Below, one piece after another: positions 1-14,027 of a stretch of 64,000 bases of DNA. This DNA is from Phaeosaccion multiseriatum (Eukaryota; Protista; Ochrophyta, other classes), in the NCBI GenBank assembly GCA_965112735.1, contig OZ218964.1:1364001-1428000 (forward strand), read 5' to 3'. Every line of letters starts with the position of its first letter. The first letter of the stretch is position 1. The translations under genes and the position numbers were made by a program. Below the pieces are notes generated by a model. The model saw nothing but the letters and a program-made list of their open reading frames with translations. It ran no database searches and was not told the DNA's origin.

Positions 1-1510
1 TCTTGCCTTCTTCTTGACAACGCCTCGCCACCATCATCACTGCTTCTTCTTGCCCCCCGCCTGCCCTCATCAATCCCTCCGCCACGCCGCCCTCCTTTCA
101 CGCCTCCTCCTGTTGCTGCTGCCTCACCAAACAACACCGGCGCAACTCCTTCTCCTTCGGCGGCGGCACCCATGTTAACGCCCATATACCCTTCTTGCTT
201 TTGCCTGGGCTGCACCTCCTCGTGTTGTGCTATCCGCTGCTGCTCTCCCAGTTGCAGCTGTATCACCAACTGCTGTTGTTGCTCCTGCTGCTCCTGGTCC
301 TGCTGCTGCTGATGGAGCGAAGGAAAGAAGCGCTGCCGAGCATCCGCAGCCGCCGCAGCAGTTGGTGATATAGCAGCAGCTGGTGGCAGGCCGACGCCAA
401 AAGCGGCGCCCCTCTTACCCTCAGGCCCACCCCCTGCTGATAATGTATCACCAACTGCTTCTGCTCCCTTACCCTCCCTGACCTCGGCCACAAAGCGCAG
501 AGTGTCAAAGTCGAGGTTGCCCAAACCCTGCTCATACATCTGACGAGTAAGCATCTCCAGAGACAGAGAGGAGGAAGAGGCTGCACACGCAGCAATGGCC
601 ATGTGGTAAGTCGTCTGTGGAGGAAGTCAGGCAGAGAGAATGGGGGGGGGGGGTCGGAGAGGGAGAGGGGGGGGTCAGACAGACAAGAGAGAGGGGGAGA
701 GAAAGAGGACTCAGAGAGAGAGGGGGGAGTTCATTGAGAAAGAGAGGGGGGGAGGCGGGGGGTCAGGGAGACAAGAGAGACAACAGAGAGAGGGAGAGAG
801 AGAGAAAGAAAGAGGGTTCAGAGAGCGTGGGGGAAGTGTTCAGAGAGAGAAAGAGGGAGGGGTCAGAGAGACGAGAAAGGGAGAGGGGGAGCGTCAGTCA
901 TGCCAATTCTTACCATATCCGGCGTGACGTCATCCTTTTCCATGACGTTTAAAAGATCAAGCGCCTTGGCCCGCTGCCCACACCTGCCTAGCGCTCCAAT
1001 GGCGGCGTTGTACGCACTCACTGCAGCCGGAGGGGGCACGCTACCTTCCCCTCGCATTGTGTCCAACACATCCAGAGCTGCCTCCCATTGCCCGCCCCTG
1101 CCGCACGCGTCGATGGCCGAGGTGTAGCAGTAGATGTTGGCAGGGACGTCGTCAACATGCATACTGGCATGGTGGGGGAGGGGGAGGAGGAGGAGGAGGA
1201 GGAGGAGGAGGAGGAGGAGGAGGAGGAGGAGGAGGAGGAGGAGGAGGAGGAGGAGGAGGAGGTGAGGTGAGGAAAGACAGGAGGGGGGGGGTGGGAAGAC
1301 AGAAGGAGAGGGGAGGTGAGCCGAAGAGAAGAGAAGAAGGAGGTGAGCCTCTAACAAGTCCTCAATTTATAAAGCATGCATTCAAACACCCCCCCCCCCC
1401 CCCACATACACACGCACACACACGCACACACACACACACGCACACACGCACACACACACACGCACACACACACACACCACACACACACACACCACACACA
1501 CACATATATT

Positions 1511-1563
<53 letters not shown>

Positions 1564-1802
1564 GCCCTCACATGTCGAGTAGGTGCAGGGCCTTGTCGGG
1601 ATTCCTTGCCCTTGCGCAGGCATCGATGGCGGCCCCGTACGTCTCTGTGGACATGGCTTTGGGCCAGCGGCGGCGACACTCGTCCAGGAGGGAGAGAGCT
1701 TGCTTGAAGCCTTCGCTGCGCCCGCATGCAGCAATGGCGCTGCTGTAGCAAAACTGCAGGCGCAGAAGCAGTTGAGAGAGAGAAAGAGAGAGAGAGAAAG
1801 AG

Positions 1803-1837
<35 letters not shown>

Positions 1838-4800
1838 GGAGAGGTGAGAGAGGAAGGGAGGGGTTGGGAGGCATCCGTTATACTCCGCCGGGCTCCACCC
1901 AACCAGCTCACTCCACTCACTCACGCACTCACTCACTCTATCCCGCTCCACTCACTCACCAACTCATTATTCCACTCACTCATTCACTCACTCCACTCAC
2001 CTGCGTGGGAGCAAGGTGTTCCTCCTCCTCCATCCTCCTGAGCAAGTCCACCGCCACCTTGCCCGACAGCGCCTCCCCCTGGCGGGCACTCTCCGCACAC
2101 GCAGCTATGGCACATGCGTAGCTCGCTTGCGTAGGTGACGGCATGTCTCTCGCATTCCTCCTCCGCCCCCTTCCACCACCGTGACCACTATCATCACTCC
2201 TATAAGTACTACTACTACTACTACTGCTGCCGCTGGTGGTGGTGGTGCTGCTGCTGCTGCTGTCAGCCTGTGAGTGGTGCATGGAGTCCAACAGGGCCAC
2301 CGCCTCGTCCCTCCTCCCTGCCTGTGCGCATGCCCAGATGGCGGTGTTGATGGCTACGGCGTCGGGGGAGGTGTTAGGGTGGCGCTGCATCTCTCGCAGG
2401 AGCCGCAGTGCCACCTTCCACTCCCGCGCCTCTGCGCAAACCTTTTGGGTTGGTTGGATTTGGTTTGTGGGCCAAAGAGGGAGAAGAGGATAAGAGGATA
2501 AGAGGAGGAGGAGGAGGAGGAGGAGGAGGAGGAGGATAGTGCGAAGGGTGAATGATAGGAGGTGAGAGTGGTGTCCCTAGCGGGCGCAACGTGTAAACGC
2601 TCTCTCTCTCTACTCAACCTCTCTGCTTCACCTCTCTGCTTCACCTCTCTGCTTCACCTCTCTGCTTCACCTCTCTGCTTCACCTCTCTGCTTGACCTCT
2701 CTGCTTGACCTCTCTGCTTCACCTCTCTGCTTGACCTCACTGCTTGACCTCTCTGCTTCACCTCTCTGCTTCACCTCTCTGCTTGACCTCTCTGTTTCAC
2801 CTCTCTGCTTCACCTCTCTGCTTCACCTCTCTGGTTGACCTCTCTGACCTCTCTGCTTGACCTCTCTGCTTGACCTCTCTGCTTGACCTCTCTGCTTCAC
2901 CTCGCTGCTTGACCTCACTACTCACTTTGATAGCATTGGTGAAGCACTCTCTATCCGGCTCTAGGCCCGCGTCCACCATCTGCCTCAGCAGCTTCAGCGC
3001 CGCGACGCTGTCCTTCCCCTGAGCCAAGATGGCGCAGCCGTAAGAAAATGCATCAACCCCCAGACCCTTGCGTCTGCGGAGGGAGAGAGAGAGAGAGAGG
3101 GAGGAAGGAAGGAAGGGAGGAAGGAAGGAAGGAAGGAAGGAAGGAAGGAAGGAAGGAAGGAAGGAAGGAAAGAAGGAAGGAAGGAAGGAAGGAAAGCAGG
3201 GCTGAGGGGGGGGGAGAGCCTGTAAGGGAGTTCGGACGCTCGCGGCGTGGAGAGCCGAGAAGGGAAAAGAGCAAAAGAGGGGCGGCAGCAACACAACTTC
3301 CTCGATCGTCACGGTCATGAAAGCCCTATCTTCTCTTTCTTCTCCTCTCCGTTCTCCCTTGGCGTCCTTCCTGCCTGCCGTCCTCCCTCTCTCCTGGTTC
3401 TGCTCCCGTGACCCACCCACCTCATCTCCTGCAGCAGATTGATCGCTTGGCTGGCGTCTCCTGCCTGGAGAATACATGAGCAGCAGCAGCAGCAGCAGTT
3501 GGTGATACAATAGCAGCAGGAAAGGGAAGCTTTTTACAAAATGGACAGACGACGAGGCAACGCGTGAAGAGAAAGGATGACGACACCCCCACCCTCACCA
3601 CACGCACCCACACACGCACGCACGCACCTTGGCACATGCGTCCACAGCCCCGTTGAAGCAGTAGATGCTCGGCGGTAGGCCCCTCTCGTCCTCCATCTCC
3701 CTGAGGAAGGAGAGGGCATCCCCCACCCTCCCGTCCTTGGCCACGGCTGTGATGACGCTGCTGTACACGTAGGAGTTTGGAGGCACACCAGAGCGCTTCA
3801 TGTCCTCCCACACCTGCAGGGCCAGGTCAGAGCGTCGAGCGTCTGTACGGTGTGTGTGTGTGTGTGTATGTGTGTGTGTGTGTATGTGTATGTGTGTGTG
3901 TATGTGTGTGTGTATGTGGATGTGTGTGTGTGTGTGTGTGGATGTGTGTGTGGTGGGTGGGCGTGTATGTATGTGTGTGTGTGTGCGTGTGTGTGTCGTT
4001 GTAGAGGATTGAGTGAGGGACAAGGGGGTGAGCTCAAGTGCAACCCGCCGACACGACATAAAAACGCAGCACCGAAAGAGAGAGAAGCAGTCAAAGTGAG
4101 CGGTGCTTGTGGTGTGATGGGGGTGGGTAAGTCTTATGTAAGTCTTACGTAAGTCTTACGTACAAGGCTTATCTCATCATCTCACAAGCCACCATCCTGC
4201 CCCCGTACCTGCCAGCGCTCCGAGTACGGTGGAGAAGGAAGCCACAGTGGGCGTCACCCCCGGGGGGCCCCCGCCTCCCACCCTCCCCTCCATCCTGCCT
4301 CTCCTGCTCCTGTCGCCGCCTCTGGCTCCTTGGGCTCCTCCCCCTCCTTCCTCTTCTTGCCGGTGTGGGGCAGCGCCCGTCATCTCCGACAGCAGTTTGA
4401 CCGCGACTTCCCACTGCCCGCCTTTCTTGCACGCAGCCAGGACCTGTCGTGAAACGGTCGGAATCAGCAGGTGGCGCTTGCTTGCAGAGAAGTGATGATG
4501 GAACACAGCGATGAGATCGAACACTCCTGAATCGATGCAAAGCTCGCAAGCCCGCCCTGTCTGCCTTCACCCCTGCGCTGTCCTGCCCTTTGTCCTGCTC
4601 GCCTCCTCGCTCTCTCCCCCTCCTTCCCTCCCTCCCTCCCTCCCTCCCTCTTCTGCTTCGCCTCCTCCACCCCCACCTGATCGTAGCTGAAGGCATTGGG
4701 CCAGAATGGTCCAGCCTTCATCTTTGCAAGCAGCTCGACGGCCCTCTCCCACAGACCTGCTCCCTTGTAGGCTCTTAGCGCTGTGGAAGAGACAAAGCGG

Positions 4801-5474
4801 AGGCCGGGGGGGGGGGGGGGGGGAGGAGGAGGAGGAGGAGGGAGGAGGGAGGACAGACTTTGAGCAACTGGTCTCCTCCTCCTCCTCCTCCTGCTCCTCC
4901 CCAGGACATGCACCAAAGAATCATGATAGCACAATCAACTTGGTGAAGACACGCAAATGGGCGCAGCGCAGGGCGGGATGGGTACTGCTCATCTCTCGGT
5001 CCATTGCGATACGATAAAAATCCTCTCCCTCTCTCCGGCACTGCCTTGGCACCACCTACCCGCGTTGCACGCGTACGTGGAGCCTCTCTCCCCCTTCTCT
5101 GGGAAGAACATGCCCCTCACGATGTCATCCACATCCCTCCAGCGGTGGCGTCTGCTGAGGTCTTCAATCTTGCTTTCCACTGAGGCAGGACGGGTGTTGG
5201 GCTGCTGCTGCCGCGGAAGAGGGCGCTTCTTCCCAGCCACGTCGCCAGTATAGGCACGCATAGACTCCGGCCGACTCCTCATGCCGCTGCTACTGCTGGT
5301 AGTGGCTGTCTGCCGCCGCTCGTGGCCGAGTGGGCTGCCGCATCCCTTCCAATAGCGCACTCCCTCTCGCTGCTGGTGTTGCCGCTTGCGGGCCGGGGCT
5401 GTCTGGAAGGCACAGACACGGCCACAACCACACAGGGCTGCCACCGCAACCCCTCTGGCTGCTCTTCCTTTCAT
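1..5474 (-). CDS. Multi-exon pentatricopeptide repeat (PPR) protein, probably plastid-targeted; 3' end runs off window start
   Basis: Spliced PPR motifs in exons ~5060-5474, 4678-4780 ([26 protein letters not shown]), 4208-4443, 3628-3843 ([28 protein letters not shown]), 2926-3073, ~2000-2440, 1571-1755, 914-1163 ([28 protein letters not shown]), ~482-614. N-terminus [27 protein letters not shown] resembles a signal peptide + AF motif. Alternative ATGs at 5525/5534. Confidence 0.88.
2617..2916. repeat. Intronic 13-bp minisatellite (CCTCTCTGCTTCA/GA)n
   Basis: About 22 tandem copies visible inside a PPR intron. Confidence 0.95.
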
Positions 5475-5785
5475 TTTCTTGCCGCTCACGGCTCTTGAAG
5501 CAGTCGCGATAGTCGCCCCAGCCATGGCCGGCATCAAGTGCCATCTGCCCCCCCCCCCCCCGATTGATTGATTCAAACTCGGACCAGAGTGGGGAGCGTT
5601 TATCAAAGGCAAAAAATGACCAACAAACGCGAAAAGGTGACATCGAAGACCTATAAGAGCCCCATCATTCAGCTGTGTCGAATGGATGTCAAGCGGAGGT
5701 GACAAGCGCCTGTCAGAGACTATCCAGCTTTTGAGATTTGAACCCCAATAGGTTGCCCTCCCCAGCCCACTCCAGCCCATTCTAG

Positions 5786-8700
5786 ATGACGAAGAAGCGC
5801 ACGAGGGTGGTGAAGGATGAGGACGTGGAGACTGAGGAGAAGACTGATGTGGAAGACGACTCCCCCCTCCTGAAACGGAAGCAAAGACGCACCAACGACG
5901 AAGAGGGGGAGGAGGAGTCAAAGGGGGGGGAGGATGATGAGTACGTTGGTGAAGAGCAGGAAGACGAAGACGATGATGAAAACGAGGTGGATATGATGAA
6001 AATGGAGCAGGAAGTCGTGGGAGACGATGAAGAAGAAGGAGAAGAAGAATATAGCGACAGTGATGGGGAGGACAGAAAGAGAGGTGAGTGGAGAGTCGAG
6101 TTTTCGCTTTGGTACAATGGCTCTGGCCGTCCCTAGTTTCCTTTCAATCTCCACATAGTCTCCCAGTCGCCCTTTTCTCGTGCCCCCCTCCCCCCTCCTC
6201 CTCTCCGTTTTCAAGGACGATGCCCCTTTTGGTCGTCCCCTGACTTCCCATCTGCTCTGCGATTGTGCTCGTTCTTCACGCCTACTACCTGGTCCTCCCC
6301 CTTGATATCTCCTCCGTTTCCCCTCCCCTTCTGGTCTTTTCTTTTCTCTCTCCCGCCCCTCTCCTGCCTTTCCACGCACCGGCGGACCCACGCCAAATGC
6401 CTCCCAACCCCCCTGCCTACCTGCCTGCCTACCTACCTGCAGGCTTTGGGGGAGAAGACAAGCAGACTGAGGCTGGCATAATTAGCAGCATCAACTGCAA
6501 GCACTTTATGTGTCACAAGAACCTGACTGTCAACCTGAACAGGTCAGTAGCAGCAGCTTTGGTCTCACGGCCGCCTCATTGCCCCGTCCCGTCGAGTGTC
6601 GGACGGCTTTTCTGCTTGACCTTTCGCTTCCACGAGCACCACTCCGGCCAGTGGCACTTCAACAGCCAGCACTCTCTTTGACGCCTTTTTATGCCCGACA
6701 AGCCCGTCTACACACAGTTCACGCTTTCCCCTCCCCCCCGCCCGCCCTGTCCTGTGTTTACACAACCATTGCCCTTGTCGTTTGGCCTCACTCCCCGGGC
6801 CTCCCCTCCCCACGGCGTGGCCAGGAACATCAACTTCATCAACGGTACCAACGGATCTGGCAAGAGCGCCATCCTCGCCGCGCTTCAGATCTGTCTCGGG
6901 GCACGAGCCAGTACCACGCACAGGGCCAAGAGCATGGAGGGTAAGTAAGCAGGGCACAGGCGTCATCACTTGGATGGGTGGGTGGGTGGGTGGGTGTATT
7001 TGGCCAGTCGCTCGCGGGGCTGTCTTTCGGGCTTTGTCTTTCCATTGAGAGGCTGTGCCTACCCATCTTCAACAGCAAGACAGTCTTCCCCCTCACGCAG
7101 CGTCTCTTCCCTCTCTCTCTCCCTCCGTCCGTCCTTCCCTCTCTCTTCCGGCCCTCCCCCCCCCTCCCTGTTCACCCCTCGCCTCCTTCTTCCTCCCCCC
7201 CCTCCCCCTCTCCCTCTTCCTCCCCCCTCCCTCCCCTCCCTCCCCTCCCTCCCACAACCAAAATCAAGGCTTGATTCGCAACGGTTACGCCGGCGACGCG
7301 GTGCTGGAGGTGACGCTCCTCAACGCGGAGGACGGCTTCCAATACAACGAGTACGGCGACACCATCACTGTCCGCAAGACCATCCGCCGAGGGGGAGGGG
7401 GCGCCTACGAGCTACTCGACTGTAACGGGCGAGTCGTGTCCAAGGAGCGCAAGGACCTTGACGCCATGCTGGACTACTTCAACATTCAGGTACTTCACTT
7501 TTATTGACTTACTTTAGGCATCACCTAAGAAACTGAATGATACTGTATGTATTGTACAATAATTCCTGCCCGTCGTGTTGTGGGGTTATTTCTTGCACAT
7601 TGCTCACTTTTGGTCGGGGTGGGGTTGGAGTTTGGGTGGGTTTTTGGGTTGGGCTGCACGAGAGGGAGAAGCGCCAAAGAATGTGTGTGTACATGTGTGT
7701 GTGTGTGTGCGTGCGTCTATGTGTGTATATCCATGTCTGTACATACTTGTTTTGTGTGTGTCCTCTCTTATCGCACACTGCATAACACGTAACGCTGCTT
7801 ACGTACGCATGCAAAAACGATATGGAATGCGTGATGGCACTATATACAATAACGATATGGAATATGGAATGCGTGATGGCACTATATAGGTGGAGAACCC
7901 GTGCTGCGTGCTCGACCAAGAGAGCTCAAAGAAGTTCCTCCAAGGTAGCGATAAAGACAAGTACTCCTTCTTCCTCAAGGTAGGCGGGGGGGGGGCGGGC
8001 ACAGGAGGGGAGGGGTGGGTACGGCCGGGGATAGAAGAGGGGAGGGGAGGGGAGGGGAGGGGAGGGGTGTTGATGAGGATGACGGTGGTGTTGATGGCAA
8101 TGACGATGCCGAATGACGAGTGGTGTTTGTTGCTTTGCCGCCCCACCCTCTCACTCACTCACTCACATCACAGGCGACGGAGCTGGAGCGCATCCACGCC
8201 GAGACCCTTGCGACCAACGTTTCCATCGCTCACAGCACCCAGGGGGCCAAGAACATTCAGACCAAGGTTCCTCTGGCCGCTGACTACATCACCGTCCTGC
8301 AGAGGGAGATGCACGAGCACGACCAGCTCGCCAAGAGAGAGACCAAACTCAGAGAGCATAAAGTCATGTGAGTGGAGAGGGGGAGAGAGAGAGAAAGAGA
8401 GAGAGCGAGGGGGGGGGGGGAGAGAGACAGTAGTGTATGAGAGGTAGAGAGAGACAGTAGTGTAGGAGAGATAGAGGGAGAGAGACAGAGAGAGTAGTGT
8501 GTGAGAGGTAGAGAGAGAGACAGTAGTGTGTGAGAGATATAGAGGAGAGACGGTAGTGTGTGAGAGATAGAGAGAGAGAGGGAGAGATAGAGATAGATAG
8601 AGAGAGACAGTAGTGTGTGAGAGATAGAGAGAGAGATAGAGAGAGATAGAGAGACGGTAGTGTGTGAGAGATAGAGAGAGATAGAGAGACGGTAGTGTGT

Positions 8701-10703
8701 GAGAGAGTAGTGTGTGTATGTGTTTTTAAGGGTGCGCACATGGGCAACGTATAAAGGAGTGTTGGGTGGGCAAGGGCGTGGGTGCTTCTTTTTCGTTGGC
8801 GCCTTCTTCTTTAAACGTCTCCTTCCTTCTCCTTCTCTCTCCTCCCGCGTGTACACACACACACACACACACACACACGCCTGCAAAGGTTCATGTGGCT
8901 GGACTATCGCATCGCTGTCGATAAAGTGGCGGTGGTGCAGAGGGAGATTTCTCGCTTCGGGGGCTTCCTCGAGAAGCTTGATAAGAGGCTTGAGGAATCC
9001 ACGGAGAAGAGCGCTGCGCACTCAAAGGAGGTTGCTGAGCTCAAGGAGAAGATGACCTCTCACGCAGGTACATTCATAGTGTTACGTAGTGCCTCCTCAA
9101 AACGCACAACATAAGCCTACGTACTGTTATTGTCTTGTCTTACTCATTGAATGATCTACTGCCATCACTCCCCTCACTCCCTGACACGCAGCGACCGTGC
9201 GCGAGCTGAAGGAGGAAGTGGGTGCGTGCGGCCAGGCGCTGGTTGCCGCTTCGAAGCCTGGCGAGGCGCTCACCAGTGACAAGGTGGGGAGGACAAGAGA
9301 GAGGGAGCGGGAGGGGAGGGAGGGAGGGAGGGAGGGAGGGCGGTGGGTGCTGAAAGGATCATCGTCGGCCTCCCTCCTCCTCCATCACTACGCCGCCCCC
9401 GCCGCCACCTGCTAACACTACCCAACGAAACCAACCGCCCAACCCCAATTCGATTTTGCATTCGACTCGACTCCCTCCTTGCAGGAAGACATCTTGGCGT
9501 CCATCGCAGAGCACAAGGCCGAGAAGCGAGGCTACAGGATCAAGATTGATGAGGCCAGGAGGGAGGCAATCCGCCGGGCCAAGAGCACAGAGCAGCAGCA
9601 GGTAAGTCGAGACTGTCTGTCATTGAAATGAGTTGACTTACTTGGGTCTCTTCTAGTTGACTTGGGTCTCTCTTCTAGTTCAGTTAATTTTGCTCCTAAA
9701 CTGAACAAGTGTAATCATTTGTTTGCCCAACCAACAGCTGGTGGCCAATCTGCAGCGTGTGGAGACGACTCTCCAGAACAACGCCGCCCAGCTGGCCAAG
9801 TGCGAGATGGAGCTCAACGCAGTGTCTGCCCACGGGCCCCAGCTACAGGAGCGCCTCAACGGGGTGGGGGGGCGGTACCAGCAGATGCAGAATGACCTCA
9901 AGGAGGAAGAGATGAGCCTCAAGTACATTAGGGAGGAGTTCGGCGGGGGCGGCAACGGGGGTTTGGCGGCGCTGGGGAAGGATTATCAGTCGCAGGTGAA
10001 CGCAGTGGGGCGCAATGCGAAGAGGTACGATCAAAGTATGACCCACACACACGGCACGGTGCTTGCAGGAAGAAGCGTGTGGTGGTGGTGGTGGTGGTGG
10101 TGGTGGTGGTGGTGGTTGTTGTTGTTGTTGTTGATGACGCGGTTGTCGATCGATGCTGCTGCGGCTGCTGCTGCTGGTGCTGCTGCTGCTGCTGTTGCCC
10201 TCATACCCATTGTGTGTATGCACATATCTCAGGTTTCAAAAGGTGCCCATCCCCGTCGGCCTGCGTGTGAAAGTAAACCCGCAGCACAAGGACTACGCGA
10301 GCTGTGCCGAGGGATGTATCGGCAACACCCTGCGCAGCTTCGTCGTCACCGACCACCGTGACAAGAACACCCTCATGGCCGTCCTTAGGGAGACCAAGTG
10401 CCCCGGTAAAGCCAATGTCTTTGTGCAGAGGGACCGACCCCGCTACCAAGTGGTGCAGATGCCCAGCGACCTTGTCACAACTGTCGCCGACGTGTTGGCC
10501 GTGGAGGACGATGTGGTGTACAACATGCTTGTGGATCAGAGCAAGATTGATATCACCGCTGTGTTCCCCTCCAAGCAGACGGCGATGGAGACACTCTTGC
10601 CCGGTCAGCAGTCGGGCAGATACAAGTTCTTGCATGGCGTTCTCACCGTCATCTACCCTACGGTTAGTCGGCATGCCTCATAAGTGCGTCCCCCTATTTG
10701 TGT

Positions 10704-10748
<45 letters not shown>

Positions 10749-13700
10749 TGTGTGTGAGTTGGGTGTTTGTGTGTGTATGTGTGTGTTTGTGTGTGTGTGT
10801 GTGTGAGTTGGGTGTTTGTCTCATTTCTTCCCCGTTCGGTCAACGGCGCCACCCACCACCACAACACACACGCATACACACACACGTATACACACACGCA
10901 CATACACACACTCACACACATACACACACGCGCACTCAGAATCGCAACTGCAACGTCTTCAAAGTGGTGAATGGGAATGCAAGCACCACCACGGGCATCC
11001 AGAAGGGGCGGCTGTGCCTCGGGATGGACTTGCGCACAATCATACAGCAGCGGGAGGCCAGAATCGCCGCGCTGAGGGAGGAGTTCGACCCAGTGCAGAA
11101 CGAGTATACGGAGGTATGTAACTGTGTGTAACTGTGTGTATCTGTGTGTAACTGTGTAACTGTGATGATAGTAAGTCGGTTACAGATTTTAGGTACTGTC
11201 TTGTCGTCCCTTCGCTTGCTTCACTTTTCACTTCCAGGGCTTGCTTTCAGGGCATGACGAGTAGGGAAGCCCATCACTAATTGACTGTCATCAAGCCCTT
11301 AAGTCGGAAGCCCGTCCCTAATTGACTGTCATCAATTGACCTTTTTTTTTGTCAATCACAGATTCAGCATCAGCTCGACTTCAGCAAGCGGCAGTACGAG
11401 GCCCTGCGGCGGGAGACGGGGCAGCTGCAATCCAACATGCGGCGCATGCACGACAAGAGAGAGGAGCTCGAGCGCAAGCAGGAGGTGAGTGAGTGAGTGA
11501 GTGTGTTGGGGGGGTGGGTGGGTGCCGGTGGTATGTATGGAGGAGGGGGCTTCCTTCCTTCCTTCCTTCCTTCCTTCCTTCCTTCCTTCCTTCCTTCCTT
11601 CCCTTCAGTAGTCTTTCTTTCATTCTTTCGTTTATTCCATCCTTTCCCTCATTCCTTCTTTCATTCTTTCGTTTATCCCTTCTCTCCTTCCTTCCCTCCA
11701 CCCCTTTTTTTCCTTGCTTCCTTCTTCCGACTGACCTGTGCCCCTCCCAACTATTCTGCTGTATCACCAACTGCTGTAGGACCTCCAAATGGAAGACAAC
11801 ATCATGGACACGACAGAGTTGGAGGAGCAGGAGCAAGCGGTCGAGAAGGAGATCTCAAAGCTGGAAGCCAGCCTGCAGGAGTGCAAGGACAAGATAGCTC
11901 AGCACAACGCCGACCTGGAGCCCCTCAGGCGCGCCAAGGACGCAGCCAAGCGCAAGTGGACCAAGGCGCGAGAGGGCAACCCCGACAACAATGAGTACCC
12001 TGCTCTGCTGCAAAAGATCAAGGAGGAGAAGCTCAAGGTGGCCAAGATTAAAGCCAGTCAGCAGGGGTGCAAGGAGAAGAATGCTGACAAGGAGAAGGAG
12101 CTTGTCCAGCTTCAAGCCAATGTGGAGGCGGAGCTCAAGACGTGTGGGGCGTATCAGGCCGCGACCTCAAAGGAGTGGGACGGACAGCCGGTGAGTGCGT
12201 GAGGGAGGGATGGAGTGAGTGAGTCTGTGAGTCCGTGAGGCTGTGAGTGCGCGAGTGCATCAGATCTTACCTGATCAGCAGAGAGACAGACATGAGAGAC
12301 CCACAGGCAGACACATACACACAGCACACTCTTCTCAGGCTTGTCCTTCTCTCCCCTTGCCACCCCCTCCCTCCCTCCTTCTCTGTATCACCAACAGGTG
12401 ATTGTGCCTAGCACGTGGACTTCAGAGAGCTTGCAGGATACGATTGACGAGATGGAGAAGGCAATCAAGAAGACCAAGAAGAAGCGCGGCCTGGGCAGCA
12501 AGACGAGGGAGCAGGTGGACCTCGAGCTCAAGAAGGCCGTTAGCGAGTACAAGAAGCTCAACTCGGGGCTCAAGAGATTCAAGTCGCTCATCGCACAATC
12601 GAGGTAAGTCAGAAAGCCGCACCACCGCCGCCCTCCCCGTCCATCTACTGCCATCCACTGCCATCCCCATCCACCCCACCCCCCCCCCATACACACACCT
12701 TCACACCCCTCCCCCTTTCTCTTCTTCCTTGATTTTATCCCCCTTCCCTGCCCTCCCTCCTCCCTCGTTCTCTCTCCTCTTCCCTCCCCTCCCCCCCATC
12801 CACACACCTTCACACCCCTCGCCCTTTCTCTTCTTCATTAAATTTATCCCCCTTCCCTGCCCTCCCTCCTCCCTCGTTCTCTCTCCTCTTCCCTCCCCTC
12901 CCCCCCATCCACACACCTTCACACCCCTCGCCCTTTCTCTTCTTCATTAAATTTATCCCCCTTCCCTGCCCTCCCTCCTCCCTCGTTCTCTCTCCTCTTC
13001 CCTCCCCTCCCTAACACAACCCAACCCAAACCCAACCCCAAACTCAACAGGGAGGCCATCAGTGAGAGATCCACCAAGTGGAAGGTTCTGAAACGCCACA
13101 TGATGCGCAACACAAGCTTCTTCTTCGACGAGTACCTGCAAAAGAAGGGCTCCTCGGGAGAGGTAAAGTTCGACTCCACCCACAAGGAGCTGAAGATCAT
13201 CGTCCAGAAGGATGCTAATAACGAGAGCACCAAGAACGACAATGTGCAGCAGCTGAGTGGAGGAGAGCGCTCATACTCAACCCTGGCGCTGTTGCTGGCC
13301 ATGGGGGCTCATCATGAGGCGCCCTTCCGCGTGATGGACGAGTTCGACGTGTTTATGGATGCCATGTCGAGGGGTGTGGCCATTGACCAGGTGAGAGAGT
13401 AGTGAAGCCAAAGAGACCAGCCCTCGTAGTAGTGTGCGGGGCAGGGATAAGAGAAAGCGCAAGCACGCGCACCCCACTCTCACCCTCACCCTCACCCTCA
13501 CTCCTAGCTTCACTCTCACCCTCACTCCTAGCTTCACTCTCACCCCTCACCCTCACTCCTAGCTTCACTCTCACCCTCACCCTCACCCTCACTCCTAGCT
13601 TCACTCTCACCCCTCACCCTCACTCCTAGCTTCACTCTCACCCTCACCCTCACTCCTAGCTTCACTCTCACCCTCACCCTCACTCCTAGCTTCACTCTCA

Positions 13701-14027
13701 CCCCTCACCCTCACTCCTAGCTTCACTCTCACCCTCACCCTCACTCCTAGCTTCACTCTCACCCTCACCCTCACTCCTAGCTTCACTCTCACCCGCACCC
13801 TCACCCCCACCCCTCACCCCTCACCCCTCACCCTCATTGACCCTCCTTGACCACTCATACAGGTGACTCAATTTGCGCGAGATGACAAGCACAAGCACCG
13901 CCAGTTCATCTTCATTACACCGGGCAACTTGGACAATGTGCGCACTGCCACAGACCTCAAGATTCATCGCATGTCCGACGCTCGCCCTGCAGGACAGAAG
14001 ACGCTCAACGAGGCGTGGCAGCGGTAG
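5786..14027 (+). CDS. SMC6: Structural maintenance of chromosomes protein 6 (SMC5/6 complex), multi-exon
   Basis: Exons give GIISSINCKHFMCHKNLTV, Walker A GTNGSGKSAILAALQICLG, YFNIQVENPCCVLDQESSKKFL, coiled coils, hinge (VPIPVGLRV...IGNTLRSFVVTDHRD), signature LSGGERSYST, Walker B PFRVMDEFDVFMD and last exon 13863-14027 RQFIFITP. Confidence 0.95.
8425..8715. repeat. Intronic degenerate GA-rich minisatellite (GAGAGAGACAGTAGTGTGTGAGAGATA)
   Basis: Core AC(A/G)GTAGTGTGTGAGAG recurs about 8 times in an SMC6 intron. Confidence 0.85.
12694..13012. repeat. Intronic 109-bp tandem repeat, ~3 copies
   Basis: CCTTCACACCCCTC recurs at 12698, 12807 and 12916 with conserved intervening sequence. Confidence 0.9.
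13475..13836. repeat. Intronic ~30-bp minisatellite built from CCCTCA hexamers (telomere-variant-like)
   Basis: (CACCCTCACCCTCACTCCTAGCTTCACTCT)n, about 10 copies, in the last SMC6 intron. Confidence 0.9.
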
